From the NCBI GenBank assembly GCA_046291875.1, contig JBKBSF010000014.1, forward strand, positions 4,569-68,568: a DNA stretch of 64,000 nucleotides, given 5' to 3'. The first letter of the stretch is position 1; each line of letters opens with the position of its first letter. The notes beneath the pieces were generated by a model. It made no database searches and was not told where the DNA came from. It saw only the letters and a list, made by a program, of their open reading frames with translations. The position numbers and the translations under genes are program-made. Source of the DNA: Bacteroidales bacterium (GTDB taxonomy: Bacteria; Bacteroidota; Bacteroidia; Bacteroidales; UBA7960). Positions 28,267 through 37,144 of the stretch are shown here, piece after piece.

Positions 28267-29940
28267 CTAATTTTTGTGAATACTCTGTTTTTGAATTAAC
28301 TCTTGTGCAGCTTGTAAAACACTGCTGCTGGGGTTGTCTCCTCCCAGCATTTTTGCTATCTCCACTACCCTCTCCTGCGTGTCAACACGTCGGACGAGAG
28401 TTTTTGTATGTTTATTTTCTGTTTTCTTGTACACGATAAAATGTCTGTCGCCTTTGGCCGCTACCTGCGGAAGGTGTGTTATAGAAATCACCTGCATGCT
28501 TTGACCTATCTTCTCGAGGATCGTACCCATCTTAAAGCCAATCTCACCCGATACACCGGTATCAATTTCATCGAAGATGATGGTGGGTAAGAGGTTTTTC
28601 ATGGAGATGACCGATTTGATGGCGAGCATAAGCCTTGAGAGTTCTCCTCCCGAAGCCACCTTCTCCAGGTTCTGGGGTTGAGCGCCCAGGTTGGCAGAGA
28701 AAAGAAACTCCAGCTCATCGCTGCCACGGGGAGTAACATCGGGGGTCGGGGTTTGCTTCACCACGAAACGGGCGTTGGGCATTCCCAGCTCTTTCAACAG
28801 GGCGCAGATCTGGTTTTCCAGCTTCGGAACAGCTTTTTTGCGACGTTCAGAAATGGCACCTGCCTGCACTACCAGCTTTTCGCGAATGGAATTGCTCTGT
28901 AGCTGCAAGCGGGCAATCTCCTCCTCCAGCGATTCAAAGCCGTTGATCTTCAGAAAATAATCCTCACGAATGCTGATGAGTTCGCTCATATCAGCGGCAT
29001 TGTGTTTATGCATGAGTTTCTGAAGCAGGTCGTAGCGTTGCTGAAGCTCCATTTGCCTGCGCGGATCATCGGCAATATCTTCCTTGCGCCGGCTCACCTC
29101 CATGGCTATATCTTTCAGCTCAATCTCTGCTGACTGCAACCGCTGAAACAACTCCTCAAAGGAGTTGCTGAACCGGGTCAGCGACCGGAAAAGCTGTGCT
29201 GTTTCGGCCAGCAAAGAAAGGGTATTGCCCGGCTGCGACTGAAGCAGAAAATCGGCCTTTTCCAGATTATTACGTATCTCGGCGGCATGCGAGAGGATCT
29301 CCAGCTCGCTTTCCAGCTCACCAAATTCATCTTCGCTCAAGGCTGCCTTAAACAGCTCATCGTACTGAAACCGGAAATAATCAAGATCGGTACGGACCTG
29401 CTTTTCCTGTTCCTGCAATTGCAGCAAGGTACGGTTTACTCTGGCGAGCTCCTGGTATTGAATCTGGTAGGCAGAAAGCAATTCGGCATTGGAAGCAAAG
29501 GCATCCAGCACCTGGAAGCGGAAATCAGATTGGCCCACCACCAGGTTTTGATGTTGCGAATGGATATCGATGAGTTTTTCTGCAAGTTCTTTCATCACCG
29601 GCAGATTTACGGGTGTATCGTTGATAAAGGCACGCGATTTTCCCTGCGGAGTAATCTCTCTGCGAAAGATGGCCACCGGATCATAATCCAGCTCGTTCTG
29701 CTCAAAAAAACCTTTCAGGTTAAGGTTTTGGATATGGAAAGTGCCTTCGATAATGCACTTTTTTTCCTGGTCGAGCAGCACACGGGTATCGGCCCTCTGC
29801 CCCAGTATCATACCCAGGGCACCCAGCAGGATAGATTTTCCTGCGCCGGTTTCTCCGGTAATAATGGTAAGGCCCGAATCAAAACTGATGTCCAGTTTTT
29901 CGATCAGGGCATAATTCTCAATCAGGAGACTTTTAAGCAT
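28267..29940 (-). CDS. recN: DNA repair protein RecN
   Basis: MLKSLLIENYALIEKLDISFDSGLTIITGETGAGKSILLGAL… and a C-terminal ABC-type signature/D-loop region. Confidence 0.9.
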   Translation of the reverse strand: MLKSLLIENYALIEKLDISFDSGLTIITGETGAGKSILLGALGMILGQRADTRVLLDQEKKCIIEGTFHIQNLNLKGFFEQNELDYDPVAIFRREITPQGKSRAFINDTPVNLPVMKELAEKLIDIHSQHQNLVVGQSDFRFQVLDAFASNAELLSAYQIQYQELARVNRTLLQLQEQEKQVRTDLDYFRFQYDELFKAALSEDEFGELESELEILSHAAEIRNNLEKADFLLQSQPGNTLSLLAETAQLFRSLTRFSNSFEELFQRLQSAEIELKDIAMEVSRRKEDIADDPRRQMELQQRYDLLQKLMHKHNAADMSELISIREDYFLKINGFESLEEEIARLQLQSNSIREKLVVQAGAISERRKKAVPKLENQICALLKELGMPNARFVVKQTPTPDVTPRGSDELEFLFSANLGAQPQNLEKVASGGELSRLMLAIKSVISMKNLLPTIIFDEIDTGVSGEIGFKMGTILEKIGQSMQVISITHLPQVAAKGDRHFIVYKKTENKHTKTLVRRVDTQERVVEIAKMLGGDNPSSSVLQAAQELIQKQSIHKN

Positions 29941-30052
29941 AGGGGTCCGTTGCAAAAATATCAGCGAAGCGACAAAGTTACGAAACTTTGCGAAACACAG
30001 GGCTCAGGCAAGGAGATGGGATAAAAATTAAACAATTGTTCGCCGGGTAAGG

Positions 30053-30967
30053 CTATTGCCTGGGCTGGTTTATGCGGCGGTATTTGGCTGCATTGGCGGG
30101 ATCTATCTCAGAGAGGATCTGTACTACCTGGTTCTTCTCCATGGCAGGAGCTTCGGTAAACAGGCTCACCAGCTCGTCGCCTTTGGTGGTCATAATGATC
30201 GACATCAGATAGCTGCCCGGACGCTGACGATGAACCCGCTGAAAGGTTTCCAGTGCACTTACCACATCGGCACGGGCCATATCCATATTGTCGGTCATGC
30301 GGTCGAAACCCAGCCGATGGTAGGTATACAAGGCCTGCCTGATACCTGCGTATTGCGAGTTAAAGATGTTTTCCATCAGCCAGTATCTGTTGCGTTGGCC
30401 TTCAAAGGATTTCCACCCTCTTTCGGTGGCATTCTGTGCAAGATTTACAATGGCCTGCGCCTTTTCAAAAAAAGGTGTACCTCCCATGGGAGTAAAGGTA
30501 TCGAAATCGAAACCTATGATCAGGTAAGCATAAAAGGCCAATACAGAGGTAAGGTTACTGGTAAAGGTGTTCTCAGCATATTCGAGGGTTTGATTCTCCA
30601 CATAGCGGAAGGAGAAGTCGCGATCGTTGTGATTGAGGATGGGGGTGCTGTAAGAGGTTCTGAAAACAGGCCTGCGCGACTGTACCTGGATGGTGCCCCT
30701 GTATTCATCGCTCCCAACCTTTTCACTGACAGTGATCAGGATACTGCCTTCGATGCGCTCCTCAGGTTTAAACTGGTACTCGGTCCAGTTTCGCTGATTG
30801 ATAAACTCATGGATGGACGACTGAAGCGTTTGCATGATCTGGCGATCGGTTTCCGACATTCCCGGAGTGGAGATCTGCACCATTACCTGAAGCTCCTGCG
30901 CTTTAAGAGGGGCGTTAAGGCAGATCAGCAGAAAAACTGAAACAAGGCCGAAGAAGGTATTACGCAT
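30053..30967 (-). CDS. Secreted hypothetical protein (DUF4835-like; commonly syntenic with recN/coaBC in Bacteroidetes)
   Basis: Signal peptide; no catalytic motif; the context matches a conserved Bacteroidetes block. Confidence 0.5.
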   Translation of the reverse strand: MRNTFFGLVSVFLLICLNAPLKAQELQVMVQISTPGMSETDRQIMQTLQSSIHEFINQRNWTEYQFKPEERIEGSILITVSEKVGSDEYRGTIQVQSRRPVFRTSYSTPILNHNDRDFSFRYVENQTLEYAENTFTSNLTSVLAFYAYLIIGFDFDTFTPMGGTPFFEKAQAIVNLAQNATERGWKSFEGQRNRYWLMENIFNSQYAGIRQALYTYHRLGFDRMTDNMDMARADVVSALETFQRVHRQRPGSYLMSIIMTTKGDELVSLFTEAPAMEKNQVVQILSEIDPANAAKYRRINQPRQ

Positions 30968-30998
30968 AATTCAATTCAATTAACTAAACGAAAAAAAG

Positions 30999-32207
30999 CT
31001 ATGGGTGCCGCTCCATGCACTGGGCAAGCTTGTCAGCTATATCTGCGGCAATTTGTTTCTTGGTTTTTAAATCAAACCTCAAAACCTCGTTTTTATTGTC
31101 TATGATCTGTACTTTGTTGGTATCGTATCCGAAGCCTGCGCCGGGGTCGTTGAGGGAATTGAGCACGATAAAATCCAGGTTTTTTTTCTGAAGTTTCTTC
31201 AGGGCATTCTCCATCTCATTATCGGTTTCCAGGGCAAAGCCTGCCAGCACCTGGTTGCTTTTTTTCTCCTTTCCGAGGGAGGCCAGAATATCGGGATTGG
31301 GCACCAGGCTGAGAGTGAGGTTCTCATCTGATCTTTTGATCTTGGAGGAAGGGGTTTGGGCAGGCCTGTAATCGGCCACCGCGGCGGTGAGAATGGCGGC
31401 ATCCATGGTGGGAAACAAATCTGTTGCAGTTTCAAACATCTGCAAGGCACTTACCACATCGTACCGGATTATATTGGGATGGGTGGCAGTAAGGTTAACG
31501 GGGCCAGCCACCAGATGTACCTGTGCTCCCCTGGCTGCCAGTTCGCCCGCAATGGCAAATCCCATCTTTCCGGTAGAATGGTTCCCGATAAAGCGCACCG
31601 GATCGATATTTTCGTGGGTAGGGCCGGCGGTGATCAGTACCTTTTTGCCATGCATACTGCCCGGTTTATCACAATAAGCTTTTACTGCTTCAAAGATAGC
31701 TTCGGGTTCTTCCATTCTGCCTTTGCCTTCGTAGCCGCAAGCCAGAAAACCCGAGGCGGGTTCAATCATTTCCACACCATTCTCCTGCAAATACTTCATA
31801 TTACGCTGAAAGGCAAAATGCTCATACATCTTACAATTCATGGCCGGAGCCATGAAAACCTTCTTGTCAAAAGCCATCAGCGAGGTAGAGAGGGCATCAT
31901 CGGCAATGCCATTGGCGTATTTCCCGATGATATTGGCAGTGGCAGGAGCTACCACAAATACATCGCCCCAGTCGGTAAGGCTGATGTGTTCGGTGGTATA
32001 GTCGTTGTCGGGAGCAAATACCTTATCGTACACCTTACTCTGGGAGAGTGATTCGAGCGAAACACGCGTAACAAACCACATGGCATTTTCAGTGGCCACC
32101 ACACGCACGTTGGCACCCGCCTTTTTGAAATAGCGGATCAGGTGAAGGCTCTTATAGGCAGCTATGCCGCCGCTGATGCCTATGATAATATTTTTTCCCT
32201 CAAGCAT
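30999..32207 (-). CDS. coaBC: Bifunctional phosphopantothenoylcysteine decarboxylase / phosphopantothenate-cysteine ligase
   Basis: N-terminal flavoprotein domain (KNIIIGISGGIAAYKSLHLIRYFKKAGANVRVV) and C-terminal CoaB domain (…GFALETDN…). Confidence 0.9.
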   Translation of the reverse strand: MLEGKNIIIGISGGIAAYKSLHLIRYFKKAGANVRVVATENAMWFVTRVSLESLSQSKVYDKVFAPDNDYTTEHISLTDWGDVFVVAPATANIIGKYANGIADDALSTSLMAFDKKVFMAPAMNCKMYEHFAFQRNMKYLQENGVEMIEPASGFLACGYEGKGRMEEPEAIFEAVKAYCDKPGSMHGKKVLITAGPTHENIDPVRFIGNHSTGKMGFAIAGELAARGAQVHLVAGPVNLTATHPNIIRYDVVSALQMFETATDLFPTMDAAILTAAVADYRPAQTPSSKIKRSDENLTLSLVPNPDILASLGKEKKSNQVLAGFALETDNEMENALKKLQKKNLDFIVLNSLNDPGAGFGYDTNKVQIIDNKNEVLRFDLKTKKQIAADIADKLAQCMERHP

Positions 32208-32383
32208 AAGAAAGTCTAATGGTTTTACACACAACTTATAAGGGTGACCGCGCTACTGTTTTGGGGTAAAGATTCAAAAAGGGTTTTTGAGAATGGGGGT
32301 TTGCTGTGTATGAAAAACGCAATACAAACACCTTCATTTTCAAAAACCCCGGCAATATCTTTTCCTTACCTTACAGGGCAGGA

Positions 32384-32704
32384 TCAGTCCTTCTCAGGAA
32401 TACGGTAATAGATCTTGTCGTTGAGATACTCGCTGATTGCGATCAGGCTGGGCTTGGGCAATTGTTCGTAATAGCGGGCAATTTCGATCTGTTCACGGTT
32501 TTCGAAAACTTCCTCCAGGTTGTCGGTAGAGGTGGCAAACTCAGAAAGTTTGGTGTTGAGTTCTTCTTTCATCTCCATACCGATCTGATTGGCTCTTTTG
32601 GCAACAATCACCACCGACTGATAAATATTCTGGGTTTCCTGATCAAACTGCCTCAGGTCGCGGGTTACGGTATTGCTCTCTGCTTTTACTTTTTTGTAAT
32701 CCAT
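32384..32704 (-). CDS. rpoZ: Small acidic protein, probable RNA polymerase omega-subunit-like protein
   Basis: 106 aa; VVIVAKRANQIG… resembles the omega core; lies at the conserved position between coaBC and bamD. Confidence 0.5.
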   Translation of the reverse strand: MDYKKVKAESNTVTRDLRQFDQETQNIYQSVVIVAKRANQIGMEMKEELNTKLSEFATSTDNLEEVFENREQIEIARYYEQLPKPSLIAISEYLNDKIYYRIPEKD

Positions 32705-32754
32705 GGTTTACAAGAATAATATTAAGGATAAATGATAAACAAGGGGTGACGGAA

Positions 32755-33585
32755 TTAGTTTTGCCCGGCAGCGATCTGCTCGAGTCGTGCAATTTGCTCC
32801 AGTGCGGTACGGTTCATGCGGTCGGCCTGGCTCATAAGGTCGGAGTCGGGAAAACGGTTGGTGAAACGGCGGTGTGCCTCCACCACATTGCGGTAGCGCT
32901 CCATTTGTCTGATTTCGATACTGTTTTCTGCAAAAAGAAAGTGCGACCGAACAATATGAAACATGGCCTGCTCACGATAAGGTGTGTCAGGGAAATCGCG
33001 CATGAGGTTCTGAAAAGATCTTACTGCCGCATTGTAATCGCGGATGTTGAAATAGAGCATGGCAGTGTTGAAAGCTTTTATCTCCAGTTTTGCCCTAAGC
33101 TCGTCGATCAGATCGTTGGATTGAGCAACACGTTCGCTGGTGGGGAAACGGTTTACAAAAGCCTGAAGCTCTCTGATGGCTTCACGTGTGGGGGTTTGAT
33201 CCAGACTGGGACGCGGCGAAAGCAAATATTTGCAATAAGCGCTCATGAACAAAAACTCCTCCACGTGCACACTGCGCGGGAAGGCAGTTGTAAAGGTTCT
33301 GAAGTAATGGCCCGCCAGGATGTAATCTCCCTGGTGATAATGAGCCCAGGCATAATAATAGTTGAGGTTCTCAGCATGGGAGGTTCCTCTGAATACGGGT
33401 ATGATGTCGTTGAGCAAACCCAGGGCACGCGTATAGTCTCCTTTTTCGTAATACTCTATGGCTTTCTCCTTTTTGAGCATTACATCATCGCTCTTAAGCA
33501 GTTTCTGGTATTTGCTGCAGGAGGCAAACAGGAGCATACCTGCCATCAGAATGAATAATCCCTTCTTGAATTCCGGTTTTAACAT
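32755..33585 (-). CDS. bamD: Outer membrane protein assembly factor BamD (TPR lipoprotein)
   Basis: Lipoprotein signal (…LMAGMLLFASC) and TPR-like repeats; conserved position next to rpoZ/coaBC/recN. Confidence 0.75.
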   Translation of the reverse strand: MLKPEFKKGLFILMAGMLLFASCSKYQKLLKSDDVMLKKEKAIEYYEKGDYTRALGLLNDIIPVFRGTSHAENLNYYYAWAHYHQGDYILAGHYFRTFTTAFPRSVHVEEFLFMSAYCKYLLSPRPSLDQTPTREAIRELQAFVNRFPTSERVAQSNDLIDELRAKLEIKAFNTAMLYFNIRDYNAAVRSFQNLMRDFPDTPYREQAMFHIVRSHFLFAENSIEIRQMERYRNVVEAHRRFTNRFPDSDLMSQADRMNRTALEQIARLEQIAAGQN

Positions 33586-33736
33586 GAATTTTTTTGTTAT
33601 GTGAATGTGCTTACTGCTTTCAAAAACAATTTGCAAAGGTAATGATTTCTTTGGTTTGTGCGCATGTAAAACGAGAAACTAAAGGAGGAATTATGCACTT
33701 GCAAACAATTTTAGGAAATAATAACAGGAAAGCCTC

Positions 33737-34498
33737 TCAAAAGCCCAGCACTTCTTTGAGCCGTGTGTATCCTGCTTTGCTCACGGCTACCTTGTTTCCG
33801 TTGTGCAAAATGGCTATGTAAGCATCTTTTGAATAGGGCTCAATGCGGCTAACGGCAGAAACTTTGAGAATAAATGAGCGATGCACTCTCACAAACTCGG
33901 CAGGTTTCAGCTTTTCCTCATAAAATCGCAGGGTTTGTTTTTTTACCCATTGCTCCTGGGGTGTGTGGATGATCACATAATCGTCGCTGGCTTCCAGGTA
34001 AAGAATGTCGTCGCACAACACCACAGCAATCTGATTGCCCGAGCGTATAACGATTCGCTCAAGAAACCGACCCACACCCATTGCCTGCTCTGCAACTTTC
34101 AGGGCTTTTTCGGCTTGTACAGGCCTTGTGGCAAGTTTTTCCAGGGCTTTGTCAACGGCTTTGTTGAATCGTTCGTTGCTTATGGGTTTGAGCAGGTAAT
34201 CGCACGTGTTGTAATCGAACGACTTAATGGCAAACTCGTCGTAGGCCGTGGTAAAAATAATCAGCGGGAGGTCTTCGCCCCTGAGGAGTTCGAGCATTTC
34301 AAAGCCATTGATTCGTGGCATTTGTATATCGAGAAATATCAGCTCTGGCTTTTGCTCCATAATCATGCGGGCACCCTCAAAGCCATCGGTGCATTGTGCC
34401 ACCACCTCAATCTGAGGGTATTGCTGCAGAAATGAGGTGAGCAGGTGCCTGGCAGGTGCTTCATCTTCAATGATCAGAGCTCTTATCTTTTTTTCCAT
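33737..34498 (-). CDS. LytTR-family two-component response regulator
   Basis: Receiver domain (IIEDEAPARHLL…FLDIQMPRINGFEML) plus a C-terminal LytTR DNA-binding domain. Confidence 0.9.
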   Translation of the reverse strand: MEKKIRALIIEDEAPARHLLTSFLQQYPQIEVVAQCTDGFEGARMIMEQKPELIFLDIQMPRINGFEMLELLRGEDLPLIIFTTAYDEFAIKSFDYNTCDYLLKPISNERFNKAVDKALEKLATRPVQAEKALKVAEQAMGVGRFLERIVIRSGNQIAVVLCDDILYLEASDDYVIIHTPQEQWVKKQTLRFYEEKLKPAEFVRVHRSFILKVSAVSRIEPYSKDAYIAILHNGNKVAVSKAGYTRLKEVLGF

Positions 34499-34504
34499 GG
34501 TACA

Positions 34505-35575
34505 TCATTTTTTTGAGGAATGCGCAAAAACAAGCGGCATGGTAAGCCTTACAAGAAATACTGAGCCTGCAGCCCCGGCAGATACATGCTGAGAAGAACC
34601 GTAGATCAGGTGCATCCGGTTGCGGATGTTCTCAAGCCCTACCCCTTCGCCTTTGAACTTTTTAAACCGGGGGTCAAATCCATTCTCCACCTCCAGTACC
34701 AGCTTATCATCTGCAGTAAAAGCTCTGAGCACTACTGTGGAGGAGCCTTCCATCTGCTGTACACCATGCTTTACAGCATTTTCAAAAACCGGCTGAAGGA
34801 TCAGTGCCGGGATTCGGGCTTCATTGAGCCTGGGATCCAGTTCAAAGGACCAGTGCAGCTTTTCCTCAAAACGAACCTTTTCAATTTGCAAATACAGGGC
34901 AATGTTGTTGATCTCCTCTTCCAGGGTTGTGGTTTGCATGGCATCCTGCCGCAAAGCAATCCGAAGAAAATCGGAGAGCAAACCTACCATCTCACGCGCT
35001 TTATCGGGGCTGTAGAGGGTAAGGGCTGAAATGGAGTTGAGGCTGTTGTAGATAAAATGTGGGTTGAGCTGGTTTTTGAGTGCCTGCAATTCGGTTTTTT
35101 GCAGCAACACTTTCAGTTCACTCTCGCGCTGGGCAGCCTCCTGCACCGACGACTGGTAAATAGAGAGAAAAAAGGAAAGGTATACCAGACTGGCCACAAA
35201 CAAACCTGCAATAAAACGAAGCGCCAGGGAACCCTGCAAAAACGCTGTATACACCGGGTGTGTTGCAAACAGTTGCTGTAGAATCCATTGTGTTGAGAAC
35301 AGCCAGGCCGAAACCAGCAACACCCCCGCAATTACACTGTTGCGGATACTGCTGTGGGAGGTCAGGCTCTCTGTACGCGCATAGCGGATTACATAATAAA
35401 GGCTTAACAAGGCAAAATTGAGTAAAAAAACCGAAAGAACTGAATCTACAGCCGCTATAAACCAAACCATTTCGTACCTCAAATGAAACAGCAGAAAATG
35501 AACAAACGAAACTACCAGGGTAAAAACCAGGTAGTTTCGAAAGAATAGTTTTGTGGCTATAAGTTGTTGTGGCAT
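34505..35575 (-). CDS. Membrane sensor histidine kinase (LytS/His_kinase-type, partner of the LytTR regulator)
   Basis: Multiple TM segments, then QLNPHFIYNSLNSISAL (H-box) and a HATPase_c region. Confidence 0.85.
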   Translation of the reverse strand: MPQQLIATKLFFRNYLVFTLVVSFVHFLLFHLRYEMVWFIAAVDSVLSVFLLNFALLSLYYVIRYARTESLTSHSSIRNSVIAGVLLVSAWLFSTQWILQQLFATHPVYTAFLQGSLALRFIAGLFVASLVYLSFFLSIYQSSVQEAAQRESELKVLLQKTELQALKNQLNPHFIYNSLNSISALTLYSPDKAREMVGLLSDFLRIALRQDAMQTTTLEEEINNIALYLQIEKVRFEEKLHWSFELDPRLNEARIPALILQPVFENAVKHGVQQMEGSSTVVLRAFTADDKLVLEVENGFDPRFKKFKGEGVGLENIRNRMHLIYGSSQHVSAGAAGSVFLVRLTMPLVFAHSSKK

Positions 35576-35586
35576 AACAAAAGCAT

Positions 35587-36291
35587 TTACTTGATCTCAC
35601 CGCCACCAAACAACACCAGTCCTTTGATGTAGAGGATACGCTCAGGGTTCTCAATTACATCTTTCTTTTCCAGCTTACGCTCATCGGAGAAACCTCCGAA
35701 GATGGCAGAAACTTCGGTTTTGATCTCCCAGCCCTCTGGTACCCTGATGGAGGTGCCGCCAAACACGCACAGCATATCTATGGCATTTACCCCGGGTGCC
35801 AGTTGCGCATAGCGCATATCAATCTCGCTGCCACCGAAGATAGAGGTAATCTGGCCTCCTTTGAAATTCTGGGTTTTGAGCTTTTTCTCACCACCGCCGA
35901 AGATATTCACCTCGTTGATGTAATCATTGATATCTGCCCCTTCCGGAATATTGATCTCTCGTTTGGTAAAAGTGGGTTTACGGATCAGGATGGCAAGCCC
36001 TGCTACTATCAATACCAGCGGGATAGCAAAACGTACCACTTCCCAGAAACGCATATCCATGATCTCACCTGTTACAAACACGGATCCCAGCAAAAACAGT
36101 ATAATACCTGTGGTTTTGTTCTTTTCGGTGATCATAAAAACAATACCCAGCACTACCAGCAACGATTTCCAGGAGAAAACGTAATGGGGAAGATCCCACG
36201 GAAGAAGATTATAATAGCGCAGCATAAGCACTACTCCGGCAAGTAACAGGATAAATCCCAGCAACATCCTTTTTTCAATATGTGATCTCAT
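35587..36291 (-). CDS. LiaF-like membrane protein with a C-terminal toast-rack (DUF2154/DUF4097-type) domain
   Basis: Four N-terminal TM segments, then five periodic xIFGG(G/S) beta-strand repeats (NIFGGGEKK, SIFGGSEID, CVFGGTSIRV, AIFGGFSDE, VLFGGGEIK). Confidence 0.55.
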   Translation of the reverse strand: MRSHIEKRMLLGFILLLAGVVLMLRYYNLLPWDLPHYVFSWKSLLVVLGIVFMITEKNKTTGIILFLLGSVFVTGEIMDMRFWEVVRFAIPLVLIVAGLAILIRKPTFTKREINIPEGADINDYINEVNIFGGGEKKLKTQNFKGGQITSIFGGSEIDMRYAQLAPGVNAIDMLCVFGGTSIRVPEGWEIKTEVSAIFGGFSDERKLEKKDVIENPERILYIKGLVLFGGGEIK

Positions 36292-36478
36292 CTTTTAAAA
36301 ATTTTAAGGTTGAACGGACAACAATCGCATGATAAATGTTTGCCCGGATAATTGTATTAATGTATCATGCTCACTCCACTCGTTAGTTGAAGAATGTGAA
36401 GCAAAATTAGGGTGAACCAGAAGGTTGTGTGAGCCAGAATCGGTAAATGCCATCTGGCCATCGGTGAGTGGCTTCTTC

Positions 36479-36880
36479 TCAGTTGTCTCTGTCTTCCAGA
36501 TCGCTGATATGCAGATTGAGGGCCTTAACACTTATATTGATTTCCCATATGCTTATGGCCAGTGAGATGATGAGCAACACCAGCCCCAGCCCGAATATAA
36601 TCTCAGCAGCCAGGTTTTTGCCCACATAGATAAGAAACATGCTGAGCACACAAAGCAACAGGCTGCCCACACCATAGATCTGCATACTTTTTATCAGGTA
36701 TACCCTTCTTCGCAGGTTGTCGATCTGTCCGTAAAGCAATTCAGAGGGGTTCTCTTTGTATTTGGCATGCAGGCTGCGTACCAGTTGTGCCAGGGTGAGA
36801 AACCGGTTGGTATAGGCCAGCAATATCAAAGAAATAGCTGAAAACAAAAGGGCAGGCGTAGTTAAGTTCAAGGGTTCCAT
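36479..36880 (-). CDS. Small 3-TM membrane protein, DUF2721-like
   Basis: 133 aa; N-terminal ALLFSAISLILLAYTNRFLTLAQLVRSL pattern. Confidence 0.45.
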   Translation of the reverse strand: MEPLNLTTPALLFSAISLILLAYTNRFLTLAQLVRSLHAKYKENPSELLYGQIDNLRRRVYLIKSMQIYGVGSLLLCVLSMFLIYVGKNLAAEIIFGLGLVLLIISLAISIWEINISVKALNLHISDLEDRDN

Positions 36881-37144
36881 GCGGCAAAAAAATTAGGGGT
36901 TAACACAGGTTCGAAAGTACAATTTTTTCAAACAGACCTCTTCAATCATTTTTAGTTGATGTATTTTTAGAAAATTATTAGACAAAATCATCTCTGAAGC
37001 AATCGAAACCACTACTTTTATACTTCATAAAAACACCACCATTTTTTGAAATATTCTGAATTCGGGGGCATCTTTTAAAAAACATATCGACACATATACT
37101 TGTTTAGGGATACAAAAAGCAACATTAACAAATCCTGAAAGAAA

